From NCBI GenBank assembly GCA_027459625.1, contig DAIDHP010000005.1:130817-194816 (forward strand): a stretch of 64,000 nucleotides of DNA, read 5' to 3'. Every line of letters begins with the position of its first letter. The first letter of the stretch is position 1. Made by a program: the position numbers and the translations under genes. Origin of the DNA: Chthonomonadales bacterium. GTDB taxonomy: Bacteria; Armatimonadota; Chthonomonadetes; Chthonomonadales; CAJBBX01. Below are positions 37,889 to 47,350 of the stretch, piece by piece. The notes under the pieces are model-generated. The model saw only the letters and a program-made list of their open reading frames with translations. It ran no database searches and had not been told where the DNA came from.

Positions 37889-40800
37889 TTATGTCCGGGA
37901 GCAAATCAATCTAAACGCACATATGCGACACTCATAACCAGGATTGGTTGAGGAGCAGCCTTCCCCCAAGCTTTTTATGATGCCCCTATATTTTTCAATT
38001 CTCCGAAGTTCTCGGGGAGTGTCCATGTCCACTTTCATCGTTTCATTGTCGTACAGCGAATAGAGAGTGATTTCAAATTCAATTTCCGGTAGGGATTCCA
38101 TCACCGCCTTCCTTAGAAGCGCGATTTCCGGCAAGTTCTTATCCTCCCTCCTTATCGGATCCAACAAAAAAATGTATATAATCCAATGATTCCTCTCGCA
38201 TTCCGAAATGTAATCCGTGGGTATTCTGATGGTTCCGTAATCCAGCGAGAGGACGATATTAGTAGGGGGGATAGGTTTTTCGCGGAGGGTCAATTCCCTG
38301 TAGTTTTCCAACAACCTCCTCCCGTAATTCTTTAACCTAATCGAATACTGATTATCTGGCACACCCGGTGCATTCCACTCCTCTTCGTATTTGAAGATAT
38401 CCTCTTCACGAGATATCACCGCCCCGTTTATACTTCTATCCCGCATATCACGAATTCGCGACATGACAAGATGTTGAAACCAACCGTAATGCCTTCGATT
38501 GAAAATGGTCGGAAAGCCAAACTGTGTCAAATAATGATATCTTCTCGGACATTTTTCAAATTGCTGCAATCCCTGCCAAGTCACATCCGGTTTATGATCT
38601 TGCAAGGTTCCCGCTGAAATCAATGAATCCTTGTCGATTAGCGGGTTAACGTCCAAATTTGGTTCCTTATAATAAACGGAGGGGGGGATGACGTTGTTTA
38701 TGAGGTCAATAAAATCATTCGCGGATTTATTCAAGTCGGTATGCAATAAAGTAAGACGGTCCATGGCGCGGCTTACCCCGACGAAATATAACCGCATCTC
38801 CTCCTTATCTGAATCCGGATTATAAAATGGCAGCAACGATTGCAACGTCCCTCGTCTTCTGGTTTTCATCTCCTCCAAAAACGGAATGATAACGGAGGGG
38901 AATTCAAGGCCCTTTGACTTGTGAAGAGTCATCACACGCACGGCATTTACATAATCCATGTGCTCGGATGCGTTGATTTTCCCACCCATATCCAAGTTCT
39001 CCACCAATGCCACCCAATCTAGAAATTCACCGATTCCGGGGGAATCGCCGTCGATATGCCGATTGGCATGTGAATGCAAAAGAAAAAGAAACTGGTTGAG
39101 TACAATCCTCTCCTGCAACGCCTCAACGCTATTCTCCAGCAATAGACGACGAAGATAACCGGAAAGCGTGTAAAGATAGTGCGTGAGCAACTTGAAGGGA
39201 TTTTCGATCCGGCACAGTGTGTCCATGTGGCTTTCAAAAAGGCTCGTATCTGTTTCGTCGTTCGAACTCTCTGATTGCCCCCCTTTCCCTCGATACTCCG
39301 CAAATTGCAGGATGCGATCCTTTGAGACCGCATCGCCATTCCTGCAATAGCTTAAAATAGCGAGCATATCCTTTACACTGTTCCGATCCGTTAAACTTCC
39401 AAGAAACAACGTCGGAACTCGATTGGATTCCATGTATCCCGACACAGTTTCCGCTTGGTCATATGTCCTGCATAAAATAACCTGAGAGGAATAAGGAACC
39501 CCTTGGCTCTTGTCCTCGTTTATTATTTGAACCATTGCGGATAGTTGATCATTCTTATCATTCGCAGCGATATTACGGATTGTCGCCTGTTCGTTTTTTC
39601 GATGAGGAAGCCACCTTTCCCGTTTCACCCCGTTATTCTCATGGGTTGCAATTTGATTGAGCATATCTACGATAACAGGCTGTGAGCGATAATTTCTCCG
39701 TAGATTCATCACTTTGGCGTCGTGATAACGATTGGAAAACTCACGAAAATTCTCCCCATACGCCCCCCTGAAACCATAAATAGCCTGTCGGTTATCCCCG
39801 ACCGCCCATAGACCCCTGCCATCTCCGGAAAGCAATTCAATCAACACCGTTGTCGCTCGATTGATATCCTGATATTCATCCACGAGAATGTGAGGAAATT
39901 CTGTTCGGATTTGCAAAAGCGCCTCGGGGAAGGATTGAAGGATTCTCACCGGTTGCGCGATCAAATCGCCGAAATCCATCCGCCCCTCCTCTCGAAGGAT
40001 CCGATCCCACTCCTCGTAGACCTGCGAGAATTTGAGAACACGATCTCTCTTCTCCGATTCATTGATCTCCCCCTTGATTTCGGAGGAATAATCAGGAAGG
40101 TTGTCCGGATATAACAGTTCGTCCTTGCATCTGGAAATGGTGTAATAGATGTTTCTAAAATACCTTATGGGATCTTTCAAACTGCAAGCGACATAAGGGG
40201 ATAGGTCCAACCTTTCGAGATATCGCTCCATGAGGGGTATGGCGTCCACTTCATCAATCAGCGTCGCGTTTTGAGAGAAATTGATAAGGTTTCCGAATCG
40301 TCTAATGAGTTCGAGACCAAAGGAGTGAAACGTCCCAATCCATATCCGCTCCGCCGCATCGGGGTAGGACTCCTCCACGCGATGATACAGTTCCTCCGTT
40401 GCGTTATTGCTGAAAGTCAGGATAAGTATGTTTTCCGGATGCACCCCATTGCTCAACAGGTATTCCGCATGAGAGATCAACGAGGTCGTTTTACCGGTGC
40501 CGGGTCCTGCCAACACCAATGTCGCGCCATCCTCGCATGCAATCGCTCGCCTCTGTGAAATGTCCGCTTGTCCTTTGCGCTTCAGCACAGGCGTTTCCAT
40601 GGGGATGTCCGGCAGCAAAGCCTCTATCAACTGAGTGTGAATCAACTCAGGAGCGATTCCAACATGTTCACTAATCTCCTTGGCGTCCATACCATTCATG
40701 AATAAATCGCGCGCAACGGGTATCGGCAGAAGGAACTCGACGGCGAAAACACTCGCCTCCATCTCCCGTCTCTCTTTGAGGGAGTATCCAAGCCTCTCGC

Positions 40801-41161
40801 TCCATACGGACGATGCAGCTTTTGGATGAGGCAGGGATGGCATGAATTCGGGCAAGCACACGGTGATGTGTCTTCGAAGATGAAGATGCGCCAATTCATG
40901 GGCGAGATAAAACGGAAGCATCGAGGGATTTGCATCTTTGGAGTACCAGATGGATTGCGCCCCCCTGTCAAGAACGGAAATGGCGCCGTATAAGAGGGGA
41001 TCATTCGGGGGAAGAGCGTATTTGGAGTAATCTTCCAGTTCCAGCGCGACACTCAGAAGATCATCCGAGAAAGGAAGAGATGACGATAGTCCCGATTTGG
41101 AGGATAGAACCGTTTCCCTATACTCGCGTGCACGCTGGCGAATGAGACGCCATCTATTCAT
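37889..41161 (-). CDS. IrrE/ImmA (DUF955) metalloprotease - UvrD/PcrA SF1A helicase - Fe-S PD-(D/E)XK-like fusion protein
   Basis: HELAH (aa 88-92, nt 40886-40900) and EMEASVFAVEFLLP. Helicase motifs GPGTGKT, LTFSN, GTFHSF, VDEYQD, VGDNRQAIYGFRGA, NYRS, TLHKSKGLEF, EEMRLYFVGVSRA. C-terminal CPRRY plus CRICAFRLIC. Confidence 0.88.
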   Translation of the reverse strand: MNRWRLIRQRAREYRETVLSSKSGLSSSLPFSDDLLSVALELEDYSKYALPPNDPLLYGAISVLDRGAQSIWYSKDANPSMLPFYLAHELAHLHLRRHITVCLPEFMPSLPHPKAASSVWSERLGYSLKERREMEASVFAVEFLLPIPVARDLFMNGMDAKEISEHVGIAPELIHTQLIEALLPDIPMETPVLKRKGQADISQRRAIACEDGATLVLAGPGTGKTTSLISHAEYLLSNGVHPENILILTFSNNATEELYHRVEESYPDAAERIWIGTFHSFGLELIRRFGNLINFSQNATLIDEVDAIPLMERYLERLDLSPYVACSLKDPIRYFRNIYYTISRCKDELLYPDNLPDYSSEIKGEINESEKRDRVLKFSQVYEEWDRILREEGRMDFGDLIAQPVRILQSFPEALLQIRTEFPHILVDEYQDINRATTVLIELLSGDGRGLWAVGDNRQAIYGFRGAYGENFREFSNRYHDAKVMNLRRNYRSQPVIVDMLNQIATHENNGVKRERWLPHRKNEQATIRNIAANDKNDQLSAMVQIINEDKSQGVPYSSQVILCRTYDQAETVSGYMESNRVPTLFLGSLTDRNSVKDMLAILSYCRNGDAVSKDRILQFAEYRGKGGQSESSNDETDTSLFESHMDTLCRIENPFKLLTHYLYTLSGYLRRLLLENSVEALQERIVLNQFLFLLHSHANRHIDGDSPGIGEFLDWVALVENLDMGGKINASEHMDYVNAVRVMTLHKSKGLEFPSVIIPFLEEMKTRRRGTLQSLLPFYNPDSDKEEMRLYFVGVSRAMDRLTLLHTDLNKSANDFIDLINNVIPPSVYYKEPNLDVNPLIDKDSLISAGTLQDHKPDVTWQGLQQFEKCPRRYHYLTQFGFPTIFNRRHYGWFQHLVMSRIRDMRDRSINGAVISREEDIFKYEEEWNAPGVPDNQYSIRLKNYGRRLLENYRELTLREKPIPPTNIVLSLDYGTIRIPTDYISECERNHWIIYIFLLDPIRREDKNLPEIALLRKAVMESLPEIEFEITLYSLYDNETMKVDMDTPRELRRIEKYRGIIKSLGEGCSSTNPGYECRICAFRLICSRT

Positions 41162-41843
41162 GATCTTTAATCGAGGTATCCTCGGATAATATTTTCAGCC
41201 AATTCGACTTCTCTTCATCAGACATATCCTCGCACTCCTTAATCGCCGACGAGAATGAAACGAGGGATTTTGAATGCGGTTTTGACTGCGAGTAAAACTC
41301 GATTGAATATTTTCTCGGGGGCTCGAATAACTCATCAAAAACTGACTTTGGCTCATTACCTAATCTTGGAGGAGCATAGCAGACAATTCCCATAAAGCCT
41401 AATTTAAACATACCTTCCGGTATATTAATCTCTCTATAGAGCATTCTCCAAAAACGACGCGGGATGCTGGACGCTTCCAACAAACCGTGATCCAGCTTCG
41501 CAAGGACGGAGAACCCAACCTTCAAGGATCTCGCAACATCCTCCGGGCGCTTGTTTTTCCTACGAATCAATGAGAATAGCGAAGCGTCGTTAACCGAACC
41601 TTGCTCCTCCCTGTTTCCAAGAGCATTTTGCAAAATTTGGTTTGCTCGCACGGAATAAAAGTCGTATTGAGGATCGCCTGCAGGTTCCGTTTCCAAGAAG
41701 AGTTCATTATGCTTAAGTATGGCGTACTCTATTATCTCCTCGCGGTACGAGGGATACTTATCGATCCATCGTAGCAGATCAATACTTCCGCCTGGCTTCG
41801 AATAGCTCTCTATCTCCGCTATGATATCCGTTATGTCCGTCAT
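41154..41843 (-). CDS. Hypothetical protein with central XRE-like HTH; candidate repressor/anti-sigma
   Basis: 229 aa. Segment PEDVARSLKVGFSVLAKLDHG…IPRRF resembles an XRE HTH. Stop overlaps the helicase start by 8 nt. Confidence 0.6.
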   Translation of the reverse strand: MTDITDIIAEIESYSKPGGSIDLLRWIDKYPSYREEIIEYAILKHNELFLETEPAGDPQYDFYSVRANQILQNALGNREEQGSVNDASLFSLIRRKNKRPEDVARSLKVGFSVLAKLDHGLLEASSIPRRFWRMLYREINIPEGMFKLGFMGIVCYAPPRLGNEPKSVFDELFEPPRKYSIEFYSQSKPHSKSLVSFSSAIKECEDMSDEEKSNWLKILSEDTSIKDHE

Positions 41844-41999
41844 TATATTTCCATCCTACCGGGTGTTTGCAAAATCATTCAACAGGCACTCCCCAGCCAT
41901 CGCATGATGTTCCGAATAAAAGTTGAATGAGGCAATTGACGGCTATTAAAAAAGGTTTGATGAAACAACCGGTTTTCTCCTATTTCGAGTATATCACAC

Positions 42000-42713
42000 T
42001 TATTTTTGCATCAATGTCCGAATTGATTTAATATAATTCCTGACTGTCCTGGAGGAACATCCAATTATTGTCGCGATCTCCTCCTGAGTATAACCCTCTT
42101 CAAGCAAAAAGACTATTAAGGAATGAGGAAATGTGAGCTTATCGTATTGAATTTTCGTTAACACTATATCCTCGGGATTCCTATCATCCCGCAACCCATC
42201 CTCCAAACTCCCATTTCCTTCATCGTCATCATACTGATTCGGATGAGTCTCCATTTTCCACCTTTTAACGCTTGACCCGATTTTGGTTGATATCAGCTTG
42301 TGAACGCAGGATATGAAATTGACCTCCCAAAACTCATGCTTCTCCGTCAAATCCATCACATTTACAATCAAATCGTGGAGGACATCATACGCGACATCCT
42401 CAATGTGACTATGATTCAAGGTGCAGTGATGTTTGAGAGTGTTCCAAACAATGATCTTTCCTCGATTAAACACCTCCGTCAGCAGTATGTCCTTGGCGGC
42501 ATTGTCCTCGTATTTTATGGCGCGTCGCGTGAAGTGTATGAGAGTCTCCATGCGAGGATAATTGCAATTATCCCTATCCTTAATCGTGGCGTAATAGAGC
42601 AACTCCTTTTTGGAGAGCTTGATCCATGAGCAAATCTGTTCCTCAACGAGCGGATCACGCTTATAACCTCTGGATAATACACACGGCTCGGATTGATGCC
42701 ACTCATAACCCAT
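42000..42713 (-). CDS. Divergent sigma-70-like factor
   Basis: Region 4 HTH EGYTQEEIATIIGCSSRTVRNYI, a region 2-like segment IEDVAYDVLHDL…FWEVNF, and an N-terminal extension. ATG at 42713 preferred to the ORF-track start at 42767. Confidence 0.65.
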   Translation of the reverse strand: MGYEWHQSEPCVLSRGYKRDPLVEEQICSWIKLSKKELLYYATIKDRDNCNYPRMETLIHFTRRAIKYEDNAAKDILLTEVFNRGKIIVWNTLKHHCTLNHSHIEDVAYDVLHDLIVNVMDLTEKHEFWEVNFISCVHKLISTKIGSSVKRWKMETHPNQYDDDEGNGSLEDGLRDDRNPEDIVLTKIQYDKLTFPHSLIVFLLEEGYTQEEIATIIGCSSRTVRNYIKSIRTLMQK

Positions 42714-43003
42714 TGTGAATATCTCTCTATAAGATATATCTGTTAAGATAAGGAAATGCGGAAACACGATTTAACACAGATATTTTAACGCAAAAAAAAT
42801 TCATAGTCAATCATTTTGAATAAACCCATCCGTCTCGGATGGACAAATGAATGAACGGACTTGGTTTTTCGGAGGCAGGAAAACTTTTCCCTGCCATCCA
42901 TATTATCACACAGCACTCATTGCCCGATCGTTTAAATATCGTGGAAGCGACATAATTGTCCTCGCATGACCTTTGCCGCGAACCACACCATTCATCCATC
43001 CAT

Positions 43004-46000
43004 TTATTCCGCATTTGATCGCTTAATTATCGTCTCAACGGAAGGCTTGGACAAACGAATCTCCGGCTCTCCCCAAGACCCCCAGTCGGCGGTGGAGTTA
43101 TTATTTGGACCCACGTCGCCTTTCAGCATGATACGCATAGTTTTCCCTTCGAAAGGGCTTAGGTCGGCTTGAAAATCCTTCCATTCATGCTGCACTGCGG
43201 TGATCTCCCCAATTTTCACCCTTTGATCCTTGTTGGTAATCACGTATACGGTGAACCATACCCCGTCACTAGGATCTCCTCCATCCTTAATTCCTGCGTA
43301 ACAGTGAAACTCGCAAGGATCCGGGGGAAGCTGAATGGGATCGGAGATTGCCCATGTATAACCAACCCCCTCAGAGTATGGTGGATGCATGAAAATACCT
43401 CGTTTGACCAGGCCACCAACCGATAAATCCTCGCCGGGATCGAATATCGCCCCTGTATTCCCCTCGTTTGGCACCTCCTGACCTCCCCTGAGACAGATTC
43501 CCCATGAATAAGGGATATTGGAAAGGTTTCGGATCTCCGTTTTTTGATATTCCCGAACCAGTTGAAAGTCCTCCTGCACTGTTTGCGGCAACCCTACCAA
43601 ACGTACGGTAAGGCGTCCCGTCTCTCCCGCCGCCAATGAGGAATAGACCCTGAATTGCAATTTACGAGGCGGATTCGACGATGAGAAGGAGTAGGATGCG
43701 GGGGAAACACGCCACCCCCTGGAGGTTGTGAGAGCCACCCTCATCTTCACCTTGGTCACACCCGCCAGTCTCCATTTTGGAGTGAGCGTCAGCACTGTTT
43801 CCTCGGTTTTGGCTTTGAAACTCCAATCCCATCGTACCGGGGGACAAATGAATAGGCGCGTCGTTCGTATATCTACGCCCGATTTTGCCTGAATATCAAT
43901 CCAGTCTCCGATTTTCGCGTTAGACGGTATAACAAGCTCTCCGTTATCAATTGTCCCCTCGCTGCTATGCCATTGGTACGTTTTTCCGTTGGTCGTCACC
44001 AAGCGAACCTTGCCTCCCGGAACGGTTTCGGCATGCTCGGGGTGGATGCTCCAAGCAACCTTTCCGGAAAACCGCAGGACATATTTCAGTGCGTTTTGCA
44101 CGGGTGTGATCCACGTCTGATCGCCGCTATCCTTGAATTTGGCGTCTTGCAAGCGTTGTCCATTCACGTCATACGTCTTGCATTCCAATGCAGCACCCTT
44201 CATACCGTAGGGTCGGGCGATCATAAAATCGCCGGTTCCTGTTATATGGGTGATTCCGAGTATGTTTCGGGATTTTTTCTCAATCGCCAACGCTCCATTC
44301 GACCCCGCATCGAAAGTCATATACCAATGACCCCTTCCATCCTGGTAGATGTACGCGTTGGAATGCAGATAGTCCACCTTGGATCCATCATGAAGCTCTG
44401 AAAAGCTGAGAAGGGGCCCCCTATCGCTATTTGGCTGAAACACCGCCCATCCGGCTGGCGGAAGGATGTGGATATTCTTGCCGATTCGCACTTTCCAATG
44501 ATCGTGGGGACTGTCGTTCAGCCAGAGCCGAAGCCCTCCCGGATATTCGACATAGAGTTGCCGCCGACTGCCGGGCAATCCCTCCTCCACCGACTTCGAC
44601 ACCCCGACCAACTTGGAGCCATCCCAATAAGCGATCCGGAGCGGTTTCTTTAATCCGTAACGAGCCTGAACCTGTTGCAGCATGTAGTAAGACCTGCAAG
44701 TTCGCTCGATGCCGTATTGCTCCTCCACCAACCATCCGATATGCCCATACGCCATGGTTGTCAGGATGAAGCGATCTATCGCATTGTCTATATTTTGAGG
44801 GTCTTGCCAATTCGGTATCGCGTCGCAATAGGAGGTGGTCCAACTGACACCGATATCGCACTCCTTGGTGTGGATCTGATTAAGGTCAAACACGGGCAAT
44901 AAAGGCTCGGTAGCAAGCGGCCGATTATTATATGTGTGACCATAATTTCCATCCGGTAAACCTGCGTAGAAACACTGATAGGTGCCTTCTGAAAAGATCG
45001 GACCGTGATACACCCGAGAGTCGTTTCGAAGGAGTTGGCCGTATGCGTAAAAAGTCTGAGCGAAAGTGCCGGCGCCTGGAACGCGAGAATCGTAATCGGT
45101 GCGCCCCCATGGGGGAACCGCAGTCATAACATCGGTATACGCCGAGTCGGATCGGTATCTTTCCTCAATTCGAGGTGCGATCTCCGCATCAAACTGAACC
45201 GCTGCCAATGGTTTCAACGCCCAACAACGGTACCATGCCCCTCCCCATGTTCCGTCAGGATTTAGTATCACCTTGTCTTGCGTCCAGTGTCGATTGATGG
45301 GGGCGTAATCACTATAGTTGGAGTACAGACCGCTAAGCCATCCAAGCGATTCTTGGTGTGCGACGTATTTCTCCAACGCCTTATCGCCTCCACCCACCAC
45401 CGGTTCTCCGTCCACAATTTGGGAACCTCCTCGTATCGGGGCTGCGTGGGTTCTCAAGGTGAAACTCTCCCCATGGTCTCGCCATGATATCTCATGATTG
45501 CATTGAATCAGCCGTTTGATCCCATATGCGCGTAACATCGCACTGCGTTTCTCCTCCGTAGCATAGTTATCAGGGCCCCAGGATTCCTGCCATAAGCGAT
45601 TTACCGCCAGTTTCGCATGCAAACCAACCGGATTGGCGATTGTGGGCAACGTTTCCTCCAAGGAAGGCGAAACCGTGATGAACAACCTTTCATACATGGG
45701 GTTCAGTACGCCATTCGTCAGTGGGGTGTATGTCACCGCGCCATTGATACGCGCGATTTTTCCGTTCGCATAATTAGCGGCGGAAAGTTGACTGCCGTTG
45801 GAACGATACCAATCCGGCCAGATGGAGGTGTACACCCATTTGGCGCCGGCCTTGCTGAGCAACACCCCGGGATCGTTTCCTCCTCCGTATGTCAAAAAGG
45901 GTATATATAATACACGAGGATCCGTTAATCCCGATAACTCTCCGTATTCAAGAGCCGTGGCGCGTCGAGTTGTATTCCTCACATCCAGCACGAGGGATTT

Positions 46001-47131
46001 TTGCCATATGCGAAGGGTTAGGACTGTGTCGTCCGTATATTTCGCAGTCACAATCCCATCCTTTACATGTGAGGATTTTAACTGAGTGGTCTGATTGTCA
46101 TTTCCTTGAAGTCGAACGGTACCCCCATCCATCAAACGTCCAAGATATTTCCCGTCCACCTTGGCGTCAAGTCCGGACAAATATTTATTCGCGTCAAATT
46201 CGTAGGATACCGTGCAATCCTTTCCCTTATAATCGAAAACGTATCGATTGGCGGAGATTCTTTTCACATCGTCATGATATTTTTTCGTCAAATTGACGGG
46301 TAGTATTGTCTGTTCGCGCGTTGGAAATGACAGTTTGCCTTTCCCTGTGTTGGCTCCAGGGGATTGGCCAGGGAAAAGAGTCAGATTGCGTTTCGGCAGG
46401 GGAGGAAAATGCAGCGGCGAAAATTGCTGATGGTAGAATTTGATAGATTCGAAATAGATATCCCGCCACCCGGATTGCCATCCGCCATTGATCTCCATCC
46501 CCGTCAATTGCAGGGGTCTTTTCAGCGCTTTCGGCGCCAATGCGTGCAGAAGAAACCATTGCGGCCAGTCTATATGAGCGATTGCTATGGAGGAGGATTG
46601 GCCATTGGCATCGCGTATCAGCAGTGTTACGGATACGGACGGAGTGGATTCAATCGAAGGGGAATCGGGGAACGCAGATCCGAATGTCCATCGATTCCCG
46701 TAAATCCACATATTCACCGCGTCCGCATCATCGGGTATGGTTATCGGTTGAGGAGGTGTTAGGAGGATTTGGGCATTCGAGCCGTTTTTACCGTCACCAT
46801 GGTAGCGCAACTCTCCCACCGGACGCCCATATAGGGTCTGCGCCAAACTCGGTTCGAAAGTCGCCTCCGCACCTCCGTAAACTTGCATTGTCCATCCGTC
46901 CAAGTTCTCGAATGTGACAGTGGGAGGCAATGTCTCCTTGCGGTGAGCCCACACCATCTCATATGGGCGCACTCCAACCTTTTGGTTGGGGTCAACCGTC
47001 GGTATCACTGTTTGCGCCATGGCGACTCCGCTCCATAATATTTGAGTCAAACCCAATAGGATAACTCCGGTTTTCATTCTTGCGAACATATCGCCGCCCC
47101 CTTGTAAGGACTTCAGGTCGGTATTTAACAC
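43004..47131 (-). CDS. Large secreted multidomain putative glycoside hydrolase (GH-D-like barrel, C-terminal NPCBM-like module)
   Basis: 1375 aa with signal peptide (…GVAMA-QT). Central GLYSNYSD…AYTDV…IFSEG and C-terminal IFMHPPY…GIKDG…SDGV.F…D…WGEP. Confidence 0.55.
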   Translation of the reverse strand: MLNTDLKSLQGGGDMFARMKTGVILLGLTQILWSGVAMAQTVIPTVDPNQKVGVRPYEMVWAHRKETLPPTVTFENLDGWTMQVYGGAEATFEPSLAQTLYGRPVGELRYHGDGKNGSNAQILLTPPQPITIPDDADAVNMWIYGNRWTFGSAFPDSPSIESTPSVSVTLLIRDANGQSSSIAIAHIDWPQWFLLHALAPKALKRPLQLTGMEINGGWQSGWRDIYFESIKFYHQQFSPLHFPPLPKRNLTLFPGQSPGANTGKGKLSFPTREQTILPVNLTKKYHDDVKRISANRYVFDYKGKDCTVSYEFDANKYLSGLDAKVDGKYLGRLMDGGTVRLQGNDNQTTQLKSSHVKDGIVTAKYTDDTVLTLRIWQKSLVLDVRNTTRRATALEYGELSGLTDPRVLYIPFLTYGGGNDPGVLLSKAGAKWVYTSIWPDWYRSNGSQLSAANYANGKIARINGAVTYTPLTNGVLNPMYERLFITVSPSLEETLPTIANPVGLHAKLAVNRLWQESWGPDNYATEEKRSAMLRAYGIKRLIQCNHEISWRDHGESFTLRTHAAPIRGGSQIVDGEPVVGGGDKALEKYVAHQESLGWLSGLYSNYSDYAPINRHWTQDKVILNPDGTWGGAWYRCWALKPLAAVQFDAEIAPRIEERYRSDSAYTDVMTAVPPWGRTDYDSRVPGAGTFAQTFYAYGQLLRNDSRVYHGPIFSEGTYQCFYAGLPDGNYGHTYNNRPLATEPLLPVFDLNQIHTKECDIGVSWTTSYCDAIPNWQDPQNIDNAIDRFILTTMAYGHIGWLVEEQYGIERTCRSYYMLQQVQARYGLKKPLRIAYWDGSKLVGVSKSVEEGLPGSRRQLYVEYPGGLRLWLNDSPHDHWKVRIGKNIHILPPAGWAVFQPNSDRGPLLSFSELHDGSKVDYLHSNAYIYQDGRGHWYMTFDAGSNGALAIEKKSRNILGITHITGTGDFMIARPYGMKGAALECKTYDVNGQRLQDAKFKDSGDQTWITPVQNALKYVLRFSGKVAWSIHPEHAETVPGGKVRLVTTNGKTYQWHSSEGTIDNGELVIPSNAKIGDWIDIQAKSGVDIRTTRLFICPPVRWDWSFKAKTEETVLTLTPKWRLAGVTKVKMRVALTTSRGWRVSPASYSFSSSNPPRKLQFRVYSSLAAGETGRLTVRLVGLPQTVQEDFQLVREYQKTEIRNLSNIPYSWGICLRGGQEVPNEGNTGAIFDPGEDLSVGGLVKRGIFMHPPYSEGVGYTWAISDPIQLPPDPCEFHCYAGIKDGGDPSDGVWFTVYVITNKDQRVKIGEITAVQHEWKDFQADLSPFEGKTMRIMLKGDVGPNNNSTADWGSWGEPEIRLSKPSVETIIKRSNAE

Positions 47132-47350
47132 AAAGAAAAGTTACAAAAAACGCTTTCTTCCGTTTACCTCTAATGATATATGGGAATGGGTTGCCGACAT
47201 GAAGGGGGGGGTTAGGGTGATCCACTTGGAGCCTAAGTCCTGACTCACCATTGACGCCGTCATTCTCTCCCCGAAGCATCGCTTTTTGCATTATACACCT
47301 AATGGGAAAATAAGGGTACTCCGTTTGAGCTTCAAAAGTGTCAATCCCTT

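Noticed and set aside
37889-41161. Calling the helicase housekeeping PcrA/UvrD, AddA/AdnAB or Gabija GajB
   Set aside because: The N-terminal HExxH protease, the absence of a partner helicase-nuclease or OLD/Toprim nuclease gene, the missing nuclease Lys and the sigma/HTH context fit none of these.
47140-47345. Possible riboswitch in the leader of the 1375-aa GH-like gene
   Set aside because: Some GC-rich tracts, but no recognisable aptamer consensus or terminator. The TTGACA and TATAAT boxes are about 43 nt apart and cannot form one promoter.
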